NCBI GenBank assembly: GCA_018697035.1
Contig: JABHSE010000001.1
Location: 29,653 to 93,652, forward strand
DNA length: 64,000 nt
Origin: an archaeon
GTDB lineage: Archaea > Nanobdellota > Nanobdellia > Pacearchaeales > GW2011-AR1
Reading direction: 5' to 3'
A program made the translations under genes and the position numbers. The notes beneath the pieces were generated by a model. The model saw only the letters and a list, made by a program, of their open reading frames with translations, did no database searches and was not told the origin of the DNA. Position 1 is the stretch's first letter. Each line of letters starts with the position of its first letter. Positions 62,310 to 64,000 of the stretch are shown piece after piece.

Positions 62310-62524
62310 GCTCGGTGCCAGGTGTGGGTTGTGATTAGGAGGAATGTTGAGGTTAGGAAGATTTGTTGGTTTTGGGAGATTGCGATTGCGGAGATGATTG
62401 CTAGGATTTTGATTAGGGTTGGGAAGTATTTTGTTTTGGTATAGATTGGTTTTTCGTCTTGTGTGGTTTTGGCTAGGATGATTCCGAGAGGGATTGCTAA
62501 AATTAGGGTTAGATATTCTATCAT
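62306..62524 (-). CDS. small hydrophobic membrane protein
   Basis: Two TM helices. Overlaps the gmk stop. Confidence 0.3.
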   Translation of the reverse strand: MIEYLTLILAIPLGIILAKTTQDEKPIYTKTKYFPTLIKILAIISAIAISQNQQIFLTSTFLLITTHTWHRA

Positions 62525-62614
62525 AATAGTTTATAGTTGGAGAGTTTTTAGATGTGTGTTTTATGGATGGTTTGTTACAATAATTTTTATAAGGGTGATT
62601 TAGTGTTTGTTTTT

Positions 62615-62899
62615 ATGAGAGATCTTTGCGAATTGGTTGGAGATGATTTGAGTTGTGGGGATTCTAATGTTGTTGATGTTGAGTATAAGGAGATTTGTGA
62701 TTCTAAAGATGGTCTGATGTTTCCTCTTTCTGCCTGTTTCGGTTCGGGCTGTGGAGCCTATGCCTTGCATGGTACTCTTAATATGTTTCAAGATTGGAGC
62801 ATTGTTGATCATTTGTATCATGCTGCTGGTGTGTCCGAAATGGGAGCGATTGGCGTGATAGCTGGATTAGGTTTTTTGAAAATATTAAAGAGGGGATGA
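62615..62899 (+). CDS. hypothetical protein
   Basis: TATA-like atttttataag at about 62583. Several Cys residues (CELVGDDLSCGD, CFGSGCGAY). Confidence 0.3.
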   Translation: MRDLCELVGDDLSCGDSNVVDVEYKEICDSKDGLMFPLSACFGSGCGAYALHGTLNMFQDWSIVDHLYHAAGVSEMGAIGVIAGLGFLKILKRG

Positions 62900-62933
62900 T
62901 AAGATTTTTAAGGGGACTTTATTTTAGTTTCTC

Positions 62934-63446
62934 ATGGATTTTGTCGAAGATGTTAGGAATGGGGCGATTTTTATTTATCCTACGGATACGATTTATGGTT
63001 TGGGGTGTGATGCTACGAATGAGGGCTCGGTTGCTTTGATTAGGAATATTAAATACAAAGATGGGGATAAGCCGATGAGTATTATTGCGCCGTCGAAGGA
63101 TTGGGTGTTGGAGCATTGTGTTGTCGAGGAGGATATTTTAGATAAGTATTTACCTGGCCCCTATACTTTGATCTTGAAGAAGAAGGATTCTAATTTCCTA
63201 GGACATGTTTCTTCTAATGATTGTTTAGGGATTAGGATTCCTGATTGTGAGTTTGCGAATATTGTTTCTAAGGCAGAAGTTCCTTTTATTACTATCTCGG
63301 TTAATTTTCTAGGAGAGCCTTTTGCTGTGAAGATTAGTGATATTCCGAGTGATATTTTGGATAAGGCTAATGTTGTTATTGGTGTTGGAACATTAGATGG
63401 TCGGCCGTCTACGATTTTTGTTGATGGGAAAGAGATTGAGAGGTAG
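62934..63446 (+). CDS. tsaC: threonylcarbamoyl-AMP synthase, single YrdC-domain form
   Basis: IYPTDTIYGLGCDA is the YrdC/Sua5 motif. 170 aa. Confidence 0.75.
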   Translation: MDFVEDVRNGAIFIYPTDTIYGLGCDATNEGSVALIRNIKYKDGDKPMSIIAPSKDWVLEHCVVEEDILDKYLPGPYTLILKKKDSNFLGHVSSNDCLGIRIPDCEFANIVSKAEVPFITISVNFLGEPFAVKISDIPSDILDKANVVIGVGTLDGRPSTIFVDGKEIER

Positions 63447-63447
63447 G

Positions 63448-63541
63448 CGAGAAACTTTGTTTCTCGAGGTGGTAGGTTGTAGGTCACTTCGCTTGTAGGT
63501 TTGTAGGTCTTTTTGTGTTGCGCGTTTTGTACGCGCGTTTT
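63448..63541 (+). terminator. two hairpins downstream of tsaC (cgagaaac-ttt-gtttctcg; gcgcg-ttttgta-cgcgc followed by gtttt)
   Basis: An 8-bp stem at 63448-63466. A 5-bp GC stem plus T-tract at 63520-63541. Confidence 0.3.
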
Positions 63542-63577
63542 GAGAGTGTTTAAATAATAGTTTTGATATTTGTTTTA

Positions 63578-64000
63578 ATGAAGCTTGTTGATGTGCACTG
63601 TCATTTGAATGATTCGCGGTTTGATGTGGATAGGGATGAGGTGCTTGCGCGGTTTAAGGAGAAGGGTGGGGAGATTATTGTTACGTCGGGTGTTAATCCT
63701 GAGAGCAATAGGGAGAGTTTGAAGTTGGCTGAGAGGTATGATGTTGTTCGGGCTTGTTTTGGGATTTATCCTACGGATGCTTTGGCAGCTGAAGTTGAAT
63801 CTGGAGAGTCTAATGAATTACTCAGGGAACTTAAAGAGTTTGATCTTGATGAGGAGTTGGCTTGGATTGAGGCGCATGCTGGGGATTGTGTTGCTGTCGG
63901 TGAGATAGGGTTGGATTATAATTTTAAGGAGTTTCAGACTGAGGAGATGAGGGAGAAGCAGAAGGTTGTTTTTCGGAAGTGTTTGCGGATGGCGAAGAGG
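63578..64000 (+). CDS. tatD: TatD-family metal-dependent hydrolase, 3'-truncated by window edge
   Basis: MKLVDVHCHLNDSRFDVDRDEVL...GEIGLDYN. Confidence 0.65.
   Translation, partial: MKLVDVHCHLNDSRFDVDRDEVLARFKEKGGEIIVTSGVNPESNRESLKLAERYDVVRACFGIYPTDALAAEVESGESNELLRELKEFDLDEELAWIEAHAGDCVAVGEIGLDYNFKEFQTEEMREKQKVVFRKCLRMAKR

Overview
This 64-kb window looks like an archaeal chromosome segment. Evidence for that: a single unsplit rpoB, an rpoH-rpoB-rpoA-L30e-nusA-S12-S7-EF2-EF1alpha cluster, archaeal DnaG, TFS, ABCE1, diphthine synthase, DUF361-type pilin, an initiator tRNA with an A1:U72 pair, and TTTTATAAAG-type TATA boxes about 25 nt upstream of mostly leaderless starts. Nearly all genes sit on the GT-rich plus strand. 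Low GC, compact proteins and several bacterial-type genes (nrdR, long-form adk with zinc lid, copA) suggest a small-genome DPANN-like archaeon; that attribution is inference only.

Content in order:
- RFC large subunit, a Fic protein and a TtuA-like PP-loop ATPase.
- A pyrimidine-deoxynucleotide supercluster: thyA-like, P-loop kinase, nrdR, nrdD, cupin, nrdG, an antisense gdhA, DUF1653-dut, and a kinase-dCMP-deaminase fusion.
- tRNA-Lys, then the RNAP, ribosomal-protein and EF cluster, interrupted by small lineage-specific ORFs.
- dnaG, a Nfo-like AP endonuclease, adk and a pilin.
- An SMC-headed protein carrying a CxxC hook, next to a PHP phosphoesterase.
- RNase HII, tRNA-iMet and tRNA-Leu.
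- A copper locus: an HMA/cupredoxin membrane protein, a Cys-rich mini-protein, a Met-rich peptide and copA.
- An aldo-keto reductase, tRNA-Thr, a cluster of three Zn-ribbon proteins including TFS, ABCE1, argS, a TrmB regulator, ileS, dph5, gmk, tsaC and a partial tatD.

No rRNA, CRISPR array or IS element was seen.

The most striking non-coding signal is a family of about 90-nt intergenic elements in seven copies (two sub-families), each at the 3' end of a plus-strand gene. Their stems are preserved by compensatory base changes. Most copies are followed by a promoter and a non-core ORF inserted into an otherwise conserved operon.
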